Source: Felis catus
Taxonomy: Eukaryota
Reading direction: 5' to 3'
NCBI RefSeq assembly: GCF_018350175.1
Contig: NC_058368.1
Span: forward strand, 96,722,001-96,786,000
Length of the DNA stretch: 64,000 nt
Position numbers and translations under genes: made by a program
Notes under the pieces: model-generated
Told to the model about the DNA's origin: nothing
Database searches by the model: none
What the model saw: the letters and a program-made list of their open reading frames with translations, nothing else
In this document: positions 13,816 to 27,160 of the stretch, piece after piece
Position numbering within the stretch: the first letter of the stretch is position 1
Layout: each line of letters begins with the position of its first letter

Positions 13816-13819
13816 TAAG

Positions 13820-14010
13820 CAGGAGCAAATGGACGGCTCAGTCAGTTAAGCATCTGAATTTGGCTCAGGTCAAGGTCTCATGGTTTATGAGTTCAAGCCC
13901 CATGTTGGGCTCTTTACTGACAGCTCAGAGCCTGGAGCCTGCCTCAGATTCTGTCTCTCCCCTCTCTGCACCCCCCATCTCAAAAAATAAACATGAAAAA
14001 TTTTTTTAAA
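13820..14010 (+). mobile_element. CAN-SINE
   Basis: SINE body; TSD AAAAATAAA(CA/TG)TAAGCAG. Confidence 0.92.
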
Positions 14011-15795
14011 AAATAAATGTAAGCAGACCTGAAATCTATGTACAATAAAGTAGAACTTAAAAAACAGGTGGAAAAAGACTTGTTAATTAAGATTTCAAGG
14101 GAGGAGCCAAGACAGCAGAAGAGCATGGAAGTTTTCTGTGTGTCTCATGTCCATGAAATACAGCCAGACCAACAGTAAACCATCCTGCACACCTAGAAAA
14201 CTGACATGAGGATCAACACAACAATCTGCACAACCTGAACCACAGAATTCAGCAGGTATGCAGCGTGGAGAGGTAAACTTTGGGAGAGAGAAACCACGGA
14301 GGACAGGGAGCCACTTTTGCATGCAGAGAGAGGATGGAGACAGGAGATCGGGGAAGAATGTGCGAAAAGCACCTCTTCCCAAAAGCAGCTGGAGACAAAG
14401 TGGAAAATTGGCAACAACTGCAGGGACTAAAAGGGGAGAAAGGAGAAAGGAAAGGGTTTAAATTCCATTAAGACTGTAAACAAGGGGAGTGCAGAGAGTC
14501 TGCAACTCCACAGCTTGATACCTGGCTATGCTCTGGTGGGAAGGGCAAATCCCCAGGAACAGAGTAGGGTCTGGGAGGTTCTCCGGCCACACAGAGAGAA
14601 GCGGTTCCACTGCTGGAAGGACATTTGTAAGAGGCTGTGTGGCCACCCAGGCCCAGCACCAGAGAATGACCACATTCACTTGTGCTAGAACAATGTTGTT
14701 GGGGGTGAAGCCTGGTGCCAGATATGTGTTGTGATTTCCCACAATCCCTGAGGCGCTGCTGCTACGCTGTCCCGCAAACTTTTTCTGGGGTGGGCTGGCA
14801 CCCAACCGCAGTCTCTGGGCATTGGCAGCAGCACGGTCCCATGAACTTTCATGGGTGTGGCCAGCCTTCAACTATTGCTTGGTGAGACCCTCCTCGATAG
14901 GGCTGAGTGGGTCAAAGCCACATTCCCTTACAAGTGGGGGACCAGGGAAGGGAGCCACATCTGAGACAAAACTCTGGAGGGAGGTGCTACCTGGGGCTTG
15001 GTCATGGACAGAGTGGAAGCAGGGAGTGGATGGAAGCTGAAGATGAAGGACAGGGGCACAACTGTTGACTGGGGAGAAAAGAGTTACGATACAAGAGACT
15101 GGGTACCTGGGTGATGCCATTTTGACCGCTCCCGTGCATACACATACACACCTACAAGCACCACAACAATCCACCCCAGTAAGCTAGCAGCGCCCTCTAG
15201 TGGAGAACAGAGCCGATACACTAAGCCACACCCAACTGGGCCAACCTTACTGTTCAAGAACACAAGTCTCACCACCTGCTTAGTTTATGGACTATAAAGT
15301 GCTTCACAGTTTTTTTTAGGGTAAAACAAAGTAATTTCAGTCATATTTCAGTCTGTTAGCTGGTCCAACTATTCAATTTTCCTTCTTTCTTTGCTTCTTT
15401 CTTTCTTTTTCCTCTTTTTCATTTTCTTTTCCTTGAATACAGAAATAAAAAATTCATTTTTATTTTCAATTTTTATTAAAAATATTCTTTAATTTTTTTC
15501 TACCATATTTTTTACTTTTGTGTAACTTTTTTCAAATTCTGTTTTACTTCCATCATTTCATTTTAGTCTATTTCAGTGTATTCATTTTTTCAAACTTTCA
15601 AATGATATCCTTTTTTTTCTTTTTCCCCTTTTTTCTCTAATATACCAAGCCACTTTCAATACCTAGACTAACACACACCTAGGATCTAGCATCATTTATT
15701 TGATTTTGTGTGTGTGTGTGTGTGTGTGTTTAATCTTTTAATTTTAATTTTTTTAATTTTAATTTTTTGTACCTAATTCCTTTTCTCCCTTCAAA

Positions 15796-16666
15796 TTGAC
15801 AAAACGAAGGAATTCATCCCAAAAGAAAGAGCAGGAAGAAATGACAGCCAGGGATTTAACCAACACAGATACAAGCAAGATATCTGACCCAGAATTTAGA
15901 ATCACAATAATAAAAATACTAGTTGGAGTCGGAAACAGATTAGAATCCCTTTCTGTGGAGATAAAAGAAGTAAAAGCTAGTCAGGATGAAATAAAAAATG
16001 TTATAACTGAGCTACAATTTCAAATGGATGCTGCAGTGGCAAGGATGCATGAGGCAAAACAGAGAATCAGCTACATAAAGGACAAATTAATGGAGAATAA
16101 CAAACCAGAAAAAGGGAGATCAAATCAAAAAAGTACAATTTAAGAATAAGAGAAACCAGTGACTCATTTAAAAGGAACATCAGAATCAGAGGGGTCCCAG
16201 AAGAGGAAGAGAGAGAAATAGTGGTAGAAGGGCTATGTGAGCAAATCATAGTGGAAAACTTTCCTAACCTGGGGAAAGACTCAGACATCCAAATCCAGGA
16301 AGCACAGAGGACTCCCATTAGATTCAACAAAAACTGATCATCAACAAGGCATATCATAGTCAAATTCACAAAATACTCAGGCAAGTAGAAAATCATGAAA
16401 GCAGCAAGAGAAAAAAAGTCCTTAACCAACAAGGAAGACAGATCAGGTTTGCAGCAGACCTATCCACAGAAACTTGGCAGATCAGGAAGAAGTGGCAGGA
16501 TATATTCAATGTGTTCAATCAGAAAAATATGGAGCCAAGAATATTTTATCCAGCAAGGCTGTCATTCAAAATAGAAGGAAAGATAAAAAGTTTCCCCAGA
16601 CAAAAATTAAAGGAGTTTGTGACCACTAAACCATCCCTGCAAGAAATTTTAAGGGGGACTCTCTGA
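15796..16666 (+). pseudogene. L1 ORF1p, disrupted (start codon reads TTG, frameshifts and stops)
   Basis: (M)TKRRNSSQKKEQEEMTARDL..EFRITIIKIL; frame breaks near 16120; downstream ENFPNLGK and RFAADLS motifs. Confidence 0.9.
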
Positions 16667-18886
16667 GGGGAGAAAAGATGAAAAAAAATAATAATAAATA
16701 ATACCAAAAGCAACAAAGATTAGAAAGGATCAGAGAACACCACCAGAATCTCCAACTCTACAAGCAACATAATGACAATAAATTCATATCTTTCAGTACT
16801 CGCTCTAAACGTCAATGGACTCAATGCTCCAATCAAGAGACATAGGGTAACAGAATGGATAAGAAAACAAGATCCATCTATATTGTTTGTAACAGACCCA
16901 CTTTAGACCTAAAGACACCTTCAGATTGAAAGTAAGGGGATGGAGAACCATGTATCATGCTAATGGTCAACAAAAGGAAGCCAGAGTAGCCATACTTATA
17001 TCAGAAAATCTAGACTTTAAAATAAAGACTGTATCAAGAGATGCAGAAGGGAATTATATCATAATCAAGGGGTCTATCCACCCAGAAGACCTAACAATGG
17101 TAAACGTTTATGTGCCAAATGTAGAGGCACCCAGGTATATAATTAATCATAAACATGAAGAAACTCATTGATATTAATACCATAATAGTAGGAGACTTCA
17201 ACACCCCACTCACAGCAATGGACAGATCATCTAATCAAAAAATCAACAAGGAAACAATGGCTTTGAATGACACACTGGACGAGATGGATTAACAGATATA
17301 TTCAGAACATTTCATCCTAAAGCAGTGGAATATACATTCTTCTCCAATGCACATGGAATGTTCTCCAGAATAGACCACAAACTGGACACAAATCAGCCCT
17401 CAGCAAGTACACAAAGATCGAGATCATACTGTGCACATTTTCAGACCACAATGCTATGAAACTTGAAATCAACCACAAGAAAAAATTTGGAAAGGTAACA
17501 AATACTTGGAGATTCAAGAACATGCTACTAAAGAATGAATGGGCCAAGCAAGAAGTTAAAGAGGAAATTAAAAAGTATATGGGAGCCAATGAAAATGGTA
17601 ACACCACAAGCCAAAACCTCTGGGACACAGCAAAGGCACTCTTAAGAGGAAAGTATATAGCAATCCAGGCCTTCCTAAAGAAGGAAGAAAGATCTCAGAT
17701 ACACAACCTAACCTTATGCCTTTAAGAGCTGGAAAAAGAACAGCAAATAAAATCCAAAACCAGCAGAAGACAGGAAATAATAAAGATTAGAGCAGAAATT
17801 AATGCTATTGAAACCAAAAAACCAATAGAACAGATCAATGAAACCAGAAGCTGGTTCTTTGAAAGAACAAAATTGATAAACCACTAGCCAGTTTGATCAA
17901 AAAGAAAAAGGACCCAAATAAATAAAATCAAGAATGAAAGAGGAGAGATCACAACCAACACAGCAGAAATAAAAATAAGAGGATATTAAAAGCAATTATG
18001 TACCAATAAAATGGACAATCTGGAAGAAATGAACAAATTCCTAGAAACATATACACTACCAAAACTGAAACAGGAAGAAATAGAAAATTTGAACAGACCC
18101 ATAACCAGTAAGGAAATAGAATTGGTAATCAAACTTCCCCAAAAAACAAGAATCCAGGGCCAGATGGCTTTCCAGGGGAATTCTACCAAAAATTTAAGGA
18201 AGAGTTAACACCTATTCTCTTGAAGCTGTCCAGAAAATACAAATGGAAGGAAAACTCCCAAACTCTGAGGCCAGCATCACCTGGATTCCAAAACCAGAGA
18301 CCCCGCTAAAAAGGAGAACTATAGACCAATTTACCTGATGAACATGGATGCAAAACTCAACAAGATATTAGCCAACCATATCCAACAATACATTAAAAAA
18401 AATTATTCACCACGACCAAGTGGGATTTATACCTGGGATACAGGGCTGGTTCAATGTCCACAAAACAATTAACGTGATTCATCACATCAATAAAAGAAAG
18501 GACAAGAACCATATGATCCTCTCAATAGATGCAGAGAAAGCATTTGACAAAATATAGCATCCTTTCTTGATAAAAACCCTCAAGAAAGTAGGAATAGAAG
18601 GAGCATAACTCGAGATCATAAAAGCCATATAAGAATGACCCAACGCTAATATCATCCTTAATGGAGAAAAACTGAAAGCTTTCCCCCTAAGGTCAGGAAC
18701 AAGACAGGGATGTCCACTCTTGCCACTGTTATTCAACATAGTATTAGAAGCCTTAGGTCTGCAATCAGACAACTAAAGAAATAAAAGGCATCCAAATCAG
18801 CCAGGAGCAGGTAAAACTTTCACTCTTCGCAGATAACATGATACTCTGTATGGAAAACCTAAAAGATTCCACCAAAAAAACTGCTA

Positions 18887-18946
18887 GAATTGATTCATGA
18901 ATTCATGAATTCGAATTGATTCATGAATTCATGAATTCATGAATTC
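18887..18946. repeat. Self-complementary (ATGAATTC)n tandem expansion inside L1 ORF2
   Basis: GAATTGATTCATGAATTCATGAATTC twice, plus one more ATGAATTC. Confidence 0.9.
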
Positions 18947-20451
18947 AAAGTTGCAGGATATAAAATCAACGCACAGAAATTGGTTGCTTTCCTATACAAC
19001 AACAATGAAGCGACAGAAAGAGAAATCAAGGAATCAGTCCCATTTACAGTTGCACAAAAAACCATAAAATACCTAGGAATAAATCTAACCAAAGAGGTGG
19101 AAAATCTATACACTGAAAGCCATAGAAAGATTATGAAAGAAATTGAAGAAGACACAAAAAAGTGGAAAAAGATTCCATGCTCCTGGATAGGAAGAACAAA
19201 TATTGTTAAAATGTCGATACTACCCAAAGCAATCTACGTATTCAATGCGATCCCTACCAAAGTAACACCAGGATTCTTCACAGAGCTAGAACAAATCATC
19301 CTAAAATTTGTATGGAACCAGAAAAGACCCCAAATAGCAAAAGCAACCTTGAAAAACAAAACCAAAGCAGGAGGCATCACAATCCCAGACTTCAAGCTAT
19401 ACTACAAAGCTGTAATCATCAAGACAGTATGGTAGTGGCACAACAACAGACACTTAGATCAATGGAACAGAATAGAGAACCCAGAAATGTACCCACAAAC
19501 ATATGGGCAACTAATCTTTGACAAAGCAGGAAAGAATAACCAGTGGAATAAAGACAGTCTCTTCAGCAAGTGGTGCTGGGAAAAGTGGACAGCAACATGC
19601 AGAAGAATGAACCTGGACCACTTTCTTACACCATACACAAAACTAAACTCAAAATGGATGAAAGACCTCAATGTAAGACAGGAAGCCATCAAAATCCTCA
19701 AGGAGAAAGCAGGCAAAAACCTCTTTCATCTTGGCCACAGCAACTTCTTACTCAACACATCTCTGGAGGCAAGAGAAACAAAAACAAAAATGAACTACTG
19801 GAACCTCATCAAAATAAAAACTTCTGCACAGCGAAGGAGACAATCAGCAAAACTAAAAGGCAACTGACAGAATGGGAGAAGATATTTTCAAATGAAATAT
19901 CAGATAAAGGGTTAGTATCCAAAATCTATAAAGAACTTAACCACACTCAATACCCAAAAAAAACCAAATAATCCAGTGAAGAAATGGGCAAAAGACGTGA
20001 ATAGACACTTCTCCAAAGAAGACATCCAGATCGGCAACCGATACATGAAAAAATGCTCCATATCACTCATCATCAGGGAAATACAAATCAAACCCACAAT
20101 GAGATACCACCTCACACCTGTCAGAATGGCTAACATTAACAACTCAGACAACAGATGTTGGCGAGGATGTGGAGAAAGAGGAACCCTTTTGCACTGTTGG
20201 TGGAAATGCAAACTGGTGCAGCCACTCTGGAAAACAGTATGGAGGTTCCTCAAAAAATTAAAAATAGAACTACCCTACCACCCAGCAATTGCACTACTAG
20301 CTATTTATCCACGGGACAGGTGTGCTGTTTCAAAGGGACGTATGCACCCCAATGTTTATAGCAGCACTATCAACAATAGCCAAAGTATGGCAAGAGTCCA
20401 AATGTCCATCGATGGATGAATGGATAAAGAAGATGTGGGGTGTATGTATGC

Positions 20452-20473
20452 ATACACACACACACACACACAC

Positions 20474-20502
<29 letters not shown>
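20452..20502. repeat. (CA)n microsatellite inside the L1 3' region
   Basis: Interrupted AC run. Confidence 0.95.
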
Positions 20503-20505
<3 letters not shown>

Positions 20506-21699
20506 GGAGTATTACTCGGCAGTCAAAAAGAAGGAAATCTTGCCATTTACAACTATGTGGACTGAACTGGAGGGTATTATGCTAAGCAAAATTAGTCAGT
20601 CAGAGAAAGACGAGTATCATATTACTTTACTCAAATGAGGACTTTAAGAGACAAAACAGATGAACATAAGGGAAGGGAAACAAAATTAATATAAAAACAG
20701 GGAGGGGGACAAAACATAAGAGACAAATATGGAGAACAAACAGAGGGTTACTGGAGGGGTTATGGGATGGGGATAGGCTAAATGGGTAAGGGATATTAAG
20801 GAATCTACTCCTGAAATCTTTGTTGCACTATATGCTAACTAATTTGGATGTAAATTTTAAAAAATTAAATTAAGAAAAATAAATTAAAAAAGAATTATTA
20901 ACAATAAAAAAAGATTTCAAAAGCACATACCCTAGGAAAGCAGTAATAAATTTGATTACATTAACAGGAGACACTTGTACATATCCAAGTTCACCATGAG
21001 CAAGGTACAAATACAAGTAACTAACATGACATTATTATGACATGCATAAGAGCTAAAGGATCAGTATCCAACTCTTTAGTTCAGAATTAACACATTTAGA
21101 TTTTCTAGTACCGTTCACAATCTGATCTATATTGTATGCAATCTGAAGGCTGCTACAGCATTGGCTGAGTCAGATTGTTCAAAGATAACTTGCTCTTTCA
21201 GACCAAGGCATTGTGGGATCCTCTAGAAAGGAACACTCATATTTGTAACTGTACAAAGTTACATTCCTCTCTAACACTGGCCCCACACCACTGGGAAAAA
21301 GAGACCGTAGAAGAGAAAGAGAGGAAGTTGTGTTGGGTGGACCCTTCTTCATCACTGATGTCATAACACCAACAATAGTGCTGGCCAAATGGAGGTAGCT
21401 TCATCCCAAGGTAAGAATGAACTAGAAACTGTGTTGCTCTTGTCTTTCAGGGTTGGGACCCTGTTTATTATTTTCCTTGCAGCATTGCTTATAAAAGACT
21501 CAAGAAAACTACTTGAAATAGTTTTATTATCCTGATAAACTGAAGCACTTAAAAATTAAAAAATCCCATCCATATGAGTAAATAGCACCTCCATTCTTCT
21601 AGTGTCTCTGGCCAAAAACAATGGGTCATCCTTAATTACTCTGAATTCCAGAATGTGTATAGAACACTTGCAAATCAGTAATATAAAACATATGTAGCC

Positions 21700-22515
21700 A
21701 ATGAGAAAAGAGATGAAAAGTAGAAACCAGAATAGCCAATAAATCATAAAAAGTCACCCAACCTCACTAATAATTGAAGAAAGTCATTATTAATATAACT
21801 GCAATTGTACTCAATTCACCAAAATGGTAAAAAGTGATCTGGCTGATAATGTCAAGTACTGGGAAGGTCTGGAAAAAAAAATGGTCCTCACAGATACAGC
21901 CAGTAGAACCATAATTGATACACTCACGTAGAGAACAATTTGACAAACACCAGTCAATTTAAGTACATGTATATCACACATCTCAGTTTAGCAACTGCAC
22001 CTCTGAGTGTATACCTGAGAGATCTTAATAGCAAAATCAAGGGAACAACCCAAAGGTCTCCCAGTGGAAAAATGGAGGAAGACATTTGTACAATGGGTCA
22101 CGGTTTCAGGATTGAACATTATAAAACATAAAGAATGTGGATATGTCTCAAAAACATGAGGCTGGAAGATGTAGAACAATCTACGGCAATGATCTGGTAT
22201 AAAAAATACACCAATAATAATGCCCTTGGATTGCTTGTGCATGCATACTTAGGTGTGTAAAATGCAATTCAAAGAAAAATACTAAATGTGTGATACTGGT
22301 TACTTCTGGAAATGGAAGAAGAAAAATAGGAACACAGGCATTGGTAAAGGTAATTGTAGTCCTATCTGTAATACTCATAATGTTATGATATCTTTCGGTA
22401 AAAAAAAAAAGTCTAGAAAGAAATATGAAGGCATATCAGCCATTATTAATTCCAGGTGTTAGGTATACATACTATTGTTTGCAATTCTTTGCACATTAAA
22501 TTCCCCAAAAAAATA
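21700..22515 (+). mobile_element. Ancient L1ME 3' region
   Basis: Degenerate ORF2-end and 3' UTR motifs (AATAGCCAATAAATCATAAAAAGTCACCCAACCTCACTAATAAT; TACTGGTTACTTCTGG). Confidence 0.65.
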
Positions 22516-23752
22516 GAAACAGTACACGAAATGTACTTCTTCACAGAAAATTTACTTTTACTTTTCTATTCATTGTGTTTTACGAAGTAACTTCCTTGAG
22601 GACATCAAGTTCTTCTCTTCCTTACATTACGTATGCACTTTTATGTATCCAGAAAACAAAACAGGTGGCAGATGTAAAAACAATATAGAGAATTGAAGGG
22701 GAATATTAAACTCAGTAATGTGAATATTAAAATACATTATTTTAGAATTACTTATTGGTTTGAACCAATACAGGTGATGGAGAAAGACACAGATAAAGAC
22801 AGAGACAGGGAAGGAGGGAGAAAGGAAGGTAGGAGGTGATGGAGTAGGAAAGGAAGAAAGGAGATGAAATCAATGATGTATATTCGGACATGAAAGGGCA
22901 GTTTCTTCCACCTGAGCATTAAGTTTTCAAGGAGAGCAGAATTTTCCCCTTGCGCTGTCTTAACAGCAAAGAAGTTATTGAGGAGTACAGACTCACTAAC
23001 CATAGGAAAAAGGTGTACTGTGCTTCCCTTACACCCACGCAGAATCTATGCACTGAGCATTTTGTTGCAGACACGGGTCCAGAAACCACAGATGGCAGAT
23101 GACTTAAGAGGGTGGGATGGACAAGAATGGCGGCAGTTAAACTACGTGCTCAATCAGATCCCACTGTGCTCTCAGGTTGGAAAGTGCAAATACACTCCTC
23201 AAGGAAGATCCCTGTGTCCAGGAAGTACGTGATTCTCAGGAAGGCTTTCTCTGTCAGTAGAAAGGACCAAAAACTGGGCTGGAAATCAGTACACCTGGTG
23301 AGGTCATCTGACACCACTAGTAACACTCACTCGAGCCTCTCCAGGCTCAGTCTTGTTCACCACAATGTTAAGTAGAGAAGTTGATACTCAGTCTGCAACC
23401 TATTCTCAAAATGACAAGATGTGGGTTTTCATTGGCTTTTGTTATTAATAAATTGTATATGATAATTGAAAGAAAGTTGATAGATGTATGTGTGTACATG
23501 TGTGTGCCTATATATACACATGTATCTTTTGGTAACAGTGTTGACAGATCTTTAGCAGAGTATGACAAAATTAACAGTTATTAAAATGCTAAAGAATTAT
23601 AATGAAATATTAGTACTTTGCGTTTGGTTTTCTAGTATACAAATTGCTCTGAATCAATAGTCATGAACTGGAAGTATTTAAAAAATATCAATACAGGTCT
23701 ATTAAAAATATATTATTTTAATGAGTATTTTCACTTTACACCTCTACATATA

Positions 23753-24287
23753 CAGCTGACCCTTGAACAACATGAGTTTGAACTGTCTGGGTCCACTTAC
23801 ACTCAGATTTCTTTTAATAAATACAGCATAGCACTCTAAACATATTTTCTCAACATTTTCTTTTCTCTAGCTTACTTTAAGAATATAATATATAATACAT
23901 TTAACATACAAAATGGATGTTCAACTCTTTTTTTTAATGTATATTATCATTGAGGGAGGGAGAGAGAGAGAGACATAGTCTGAGTGGGGGAGGGGCAGAG
24001 AGAGTAGGAGACAGAATCCAAAGCAGGCTCCAGGCTCTAAACTGTCAGCAAAAGCCCGATAGGGGGGCTCAAACCCATGAACAGTGAGATCATGACCTGA
24101 GCTGAAGTCGGACGCTGAACAGACTGAGCCACCCAGGCACCCCTTCAACTCTTTTTGTTACCACTAAGGATTCCTGGCAACCATAGGCTATTGGCAATTA
24201 AGTCTGGGGGAAGCCCAGAGTTTTACTTGAATTTGTGACTGCATGAGGGGCTAGCATGAAGCTCCCATATTGTTCATGGGTCACCTG
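23753..24287. mobile_element. Tigger2a-like TcMar MITE split by a SINE
   Basis: TIRs CAGCTGACCCTTGAACAA (preceded by TA) and TTGTTCATGGGTCACCTG; internal GAGTTTGAACTG..GGTCCACTTA. Confidence 0.85.
23932..24143 (-). mobile_element. CAN-SINE nested in Tigger
   Basis: Antisense SINE; TSD TTCAACTCTTTTT. Confidence 0.95.
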
Positions 24288-24975
24288 GGTTTCTTACCAA
24301 ACACTTGAGGCAAATTTTTCATTTGAATTCCACTTTTTCATGTGACTACAGGTTTCCTATTACTTATGGTTTTCCATGTTTCCCTCCATTCCCTACCCTC
24401 CTCACCCCCAATATTCTCTCCTAATTTAATAGTATGTAAGCTTCACTGCAGGAAATATTGGAATTACTTTTTTTCTAGCAGATTTCCTAGAACAAAAATG
24501 GCAGCCTTTGCAACTCCTCGAATAAATAAATCAAGGTTAAAATTCTTTACAAATATATGAAAAATTATTTCAAACACCTAAATAGCCCCCCTTTATGTGA
24601 TCCTTTTTTCCCCCTTGCTTCCTATCACAAATCAATCGTCAGGAATAGGTATAATCAGTTCACTGATGAATAAAATGTGTAAAAAATATATAAAAATAAA
24701 TATATATGTTCAATGCAAGGCTGACTGATTTGTTGCTAATATTCACCCATAGTAGTAACTTAAGAATGATTCTGAGCTTGTATTCACACTCAGTAGGATA
24801 ATAGGTCATTAGCGACATGTAACTTCTTTCATGGGCATTGGCTAAAAACATCTTCAACCAACAGCATTTGCATTCTTTCAATGGAGAAATAAACAGTATG
24901 TTAGACCCCTACCAGCTGATGGAGAAGATATTTGGGAACAAAGAACTTTCTTAGGTTTTCCTATTCAGTCTAATT

Positions 24976-26408
24976 TTTTTTATTTTTTAAATATAATTTA
25001 TTGTAAGTTGGCGAACATATAGTACATACAGTGTGCTCCTGATTTTAGGGGTAGATTTCTGTGACTCATCACTTATATACAACACCCAGTATTTATATCA
25101 ACAAGTGCCCTCCTCAATGCCCATCATCTTCCGCCTCTTCCCCACCCCCACTCTCCACCCTCAGTTTGTTCTCAGTATTTAAGACCCTCTTATGGTTTGT
25201 CTCCTCCATTTGAAACTATTTTTCCCCTTCCCTTCCCCCACTGTCTTCTGTTAAGTTTCTCAAGTTTCACATATGAGTGAAAATATATGATATCTGTCTT
25301 TCTCTAATTTCACTTAGCCTCATACCTTCCAGTTCCATCCATGTTGTTACAAATGGCATGATTTCATTCTTTCTCATTGCCAAGTAGTATTCCATTGTAT
25401 ATATAAACCACATCTTTATAAATTCATCAGTTAATGGACAACTGGGCTATTTCCATAATTTGGCTGTTGTTGCAAATGCTGCTATAAACATTGGGGTACA
25501 TGTGCCCTTTGTATCAGCACTCCTGCATCCTGTGGATAAATTCCTAGTAGCGCTATTGCTGGGGCATTGGGTAGTCCTATAATTTTTTGAAGAACCTCCA
25601 CCTGTTTTTTGAGCAGCTATACCAGCTTGCATTCCCACAAGTGGTGTGAGAGGGTTCCCATGTCTCCACATCCTTTCCAGCAGCTGTTGTTTCCTGAGTT
25701 GTTTATTTTAGCCACAATGAGTGATGTTGAGCATCTTTTCATTTGTCTGTTGGCCATCTGTATGTCCTCTTTGGAAAAGTGTGTAATCATGCCTTCTGCC
25801 CATTCCTTCACTGGATTATTTCTTTTTTGAGTGTTGAGTTTGGTAAATTCTTTATAGATTTTGGAAGCATCACAATCCTGGACTTTAGCCTCTACTACAA
25901 AGCTGTAATCATCAAGACAGTATGGTACTGATGCAAAAACAGACACACCAGCCAGTGGAATAGAGAACCCAGAATTGGACCCACAAATGTATGGCCAACT
26001 AATCTTTGACAAAGCAGGAAAGAGTATGCAATGAAAAAGAAAAGACAGTCTCTTTAACAAATGGTGCTTGGAGAACTGGACATGAACATGCAGAAGAATG
26101 AACCTGGACCACTTTCTTACAACATACACAAAAATAAACTCAAAATGGATGAAAACGTTAAATGTGAGACAGGAAACCATCAAAACCCTAGAGGAGAAAA
26201 CAGGAAACAACCTCTTTGACCTCAGCCTCAGCAATTTCTTGCTCAACACAACTCCAAAGGCAAGGGGAATAAAAGCAAAAATGAACCACTGGGACCTCGT
26301 CAAGTTAAAAATCTTCTGCACTGCAAAGGAAACAATCAACAAAACTAAAAGGCAACTGACAGAATGGGAGATCTTTGCTAATGACATATCAGATACAGGG
26401 GTAGTATC
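24976..26408 (-). mobile_element. 5'-truncated, 5'-inverted feliform L1 (twin priming)
   Basis: 24976-25863 is an L1 3' end on the minus strand and 25864-26408 is ORF2 on the plus strand; decayed TSD TCAG(T/C)CTA(A/C)TTTT. Confidence 0.92.
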
Positions 26409-26521
26409 AGCCTACTTTTAAATTCTGGCTTATTAACCCCACAAAATCTTTCCTAAAATAAATCGTTTTCCTCTGTGTACAAGTCAATCACTAATTCAGT
26501 AAATACTCTTCCTGGCATCCT

Positions 26522-26586
26522 TATGGATTAATAAAGACAGATCTCATAATGTCCCATAATGTCATATGGATTAATAAAGACAGATC
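26522..26586. repeat. 22-bp direct repeat flanking a 21-bp internally repeated spacer
   Basis: TATGGATTAATAAAGACAGATC at 26522 and 26565; the spacer contains CATAATGTC twice. Confidence 0.9.
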
Positions 26587-26864
26587 CAAGCATGGCTGTC
26601 CTTCAAGTAAAGTGGTTGACAGGCCACTAACCATTTCTATGTTAACACTGTCATCTTGGATATTTTTGTCAACAGTTCCAGAAAAGTACTGTTACATAGT
26701 CTGATAAATATACTATCTTAAGACTCCTTATTGTTTTTGTAACCATCTGTGCCAAAGGAACCAAGTTTTAAGCCAAAATACTTTGGCATCACATGTATGA
26801 TATGTTCAATATGCCAGGCTACCTAACTGGAAAATAATTATAGGGTTTAGTAAATTAAGGATCC

Positions 26865-27160
26865 CTATTCAGTAAGGCCTTCTTTGGCCAACTCACCTTA
26901 CGTTCCACCAATGTGACCCCTCCCGTCCACCTTCTCTTCAATAGAGTGCTTTCTAACACAAATCAGTCTCCATTACCATTTTGTTATGGAGCCCATTATA
27001 TTGCATTCACTTATACTTTGTATTGTCTGTCTATTCTGTGAGAATGTAAGCTTTCCATGACTCAAACTATGCCTTTTGCCTACTGTTATAGTCACAGCCC
27101 CTAGAACACTGACTAGTCAGAATAGGGTTTTGATAAATTGTTATCAACTGAATGAATGCC
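26865..27160 (+). mobile_element. L2 3' end
   Basis: GAATGTAAGCTTTCCATGA..CCCCTAGAACACTGACT..ACTGAATGAATG terminus. Confidence 0.7.

Larger units (their letters stand above)
16772..20638 (+). pseudogene. L1 ORF2p (endonuclease, RT, C-terminal), disrupted
   Basis: Fragments [64 protein letters not shown] and [14 protein letters not shown] lie in different frames. Confidence 0.93.
14099..20910 (+). mobile_element. Full-length (about 6.8 kb) feliform LINE-1, inactive
   Basis: Starts GGGAGGAGCCAAGA (L1 5' end); about 1.7 kb 5' UTR, ORF1, ORF2, 3' UTR and A-rich tail; TSD AAGATTTCAA at 14089-14098 and 20911-20920 with a TT/AAGA endonuclease site. Confidence 0.97.

Noticed and set aside
15796..20638. 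L1 ORF1/ORF2 as active CDS
   Set aside because: Multiple frameshifts and stops, and the ORF1 ATG is lost.
21202..21410. Plus-strand exon-like segment (tgctctttcag| ... AAG|gtaaga)
   Set aside because: Isolated, no recognisable product and no partner exons nearby; cannot be told apart from a chance pseudo-exon.
25617..26387. Longest ORF in the track (256 aa)
   Set aside because: It is antisense L1 ORF2 fused to sense ORF2 across the inversion junction, not a host gene.
18887..26586. Short repeat-spacer structures as CRISPR-like arrays
   Set aside because: Mammalian DNA, at most two repeat units, no unique spacer series and no cas genes.
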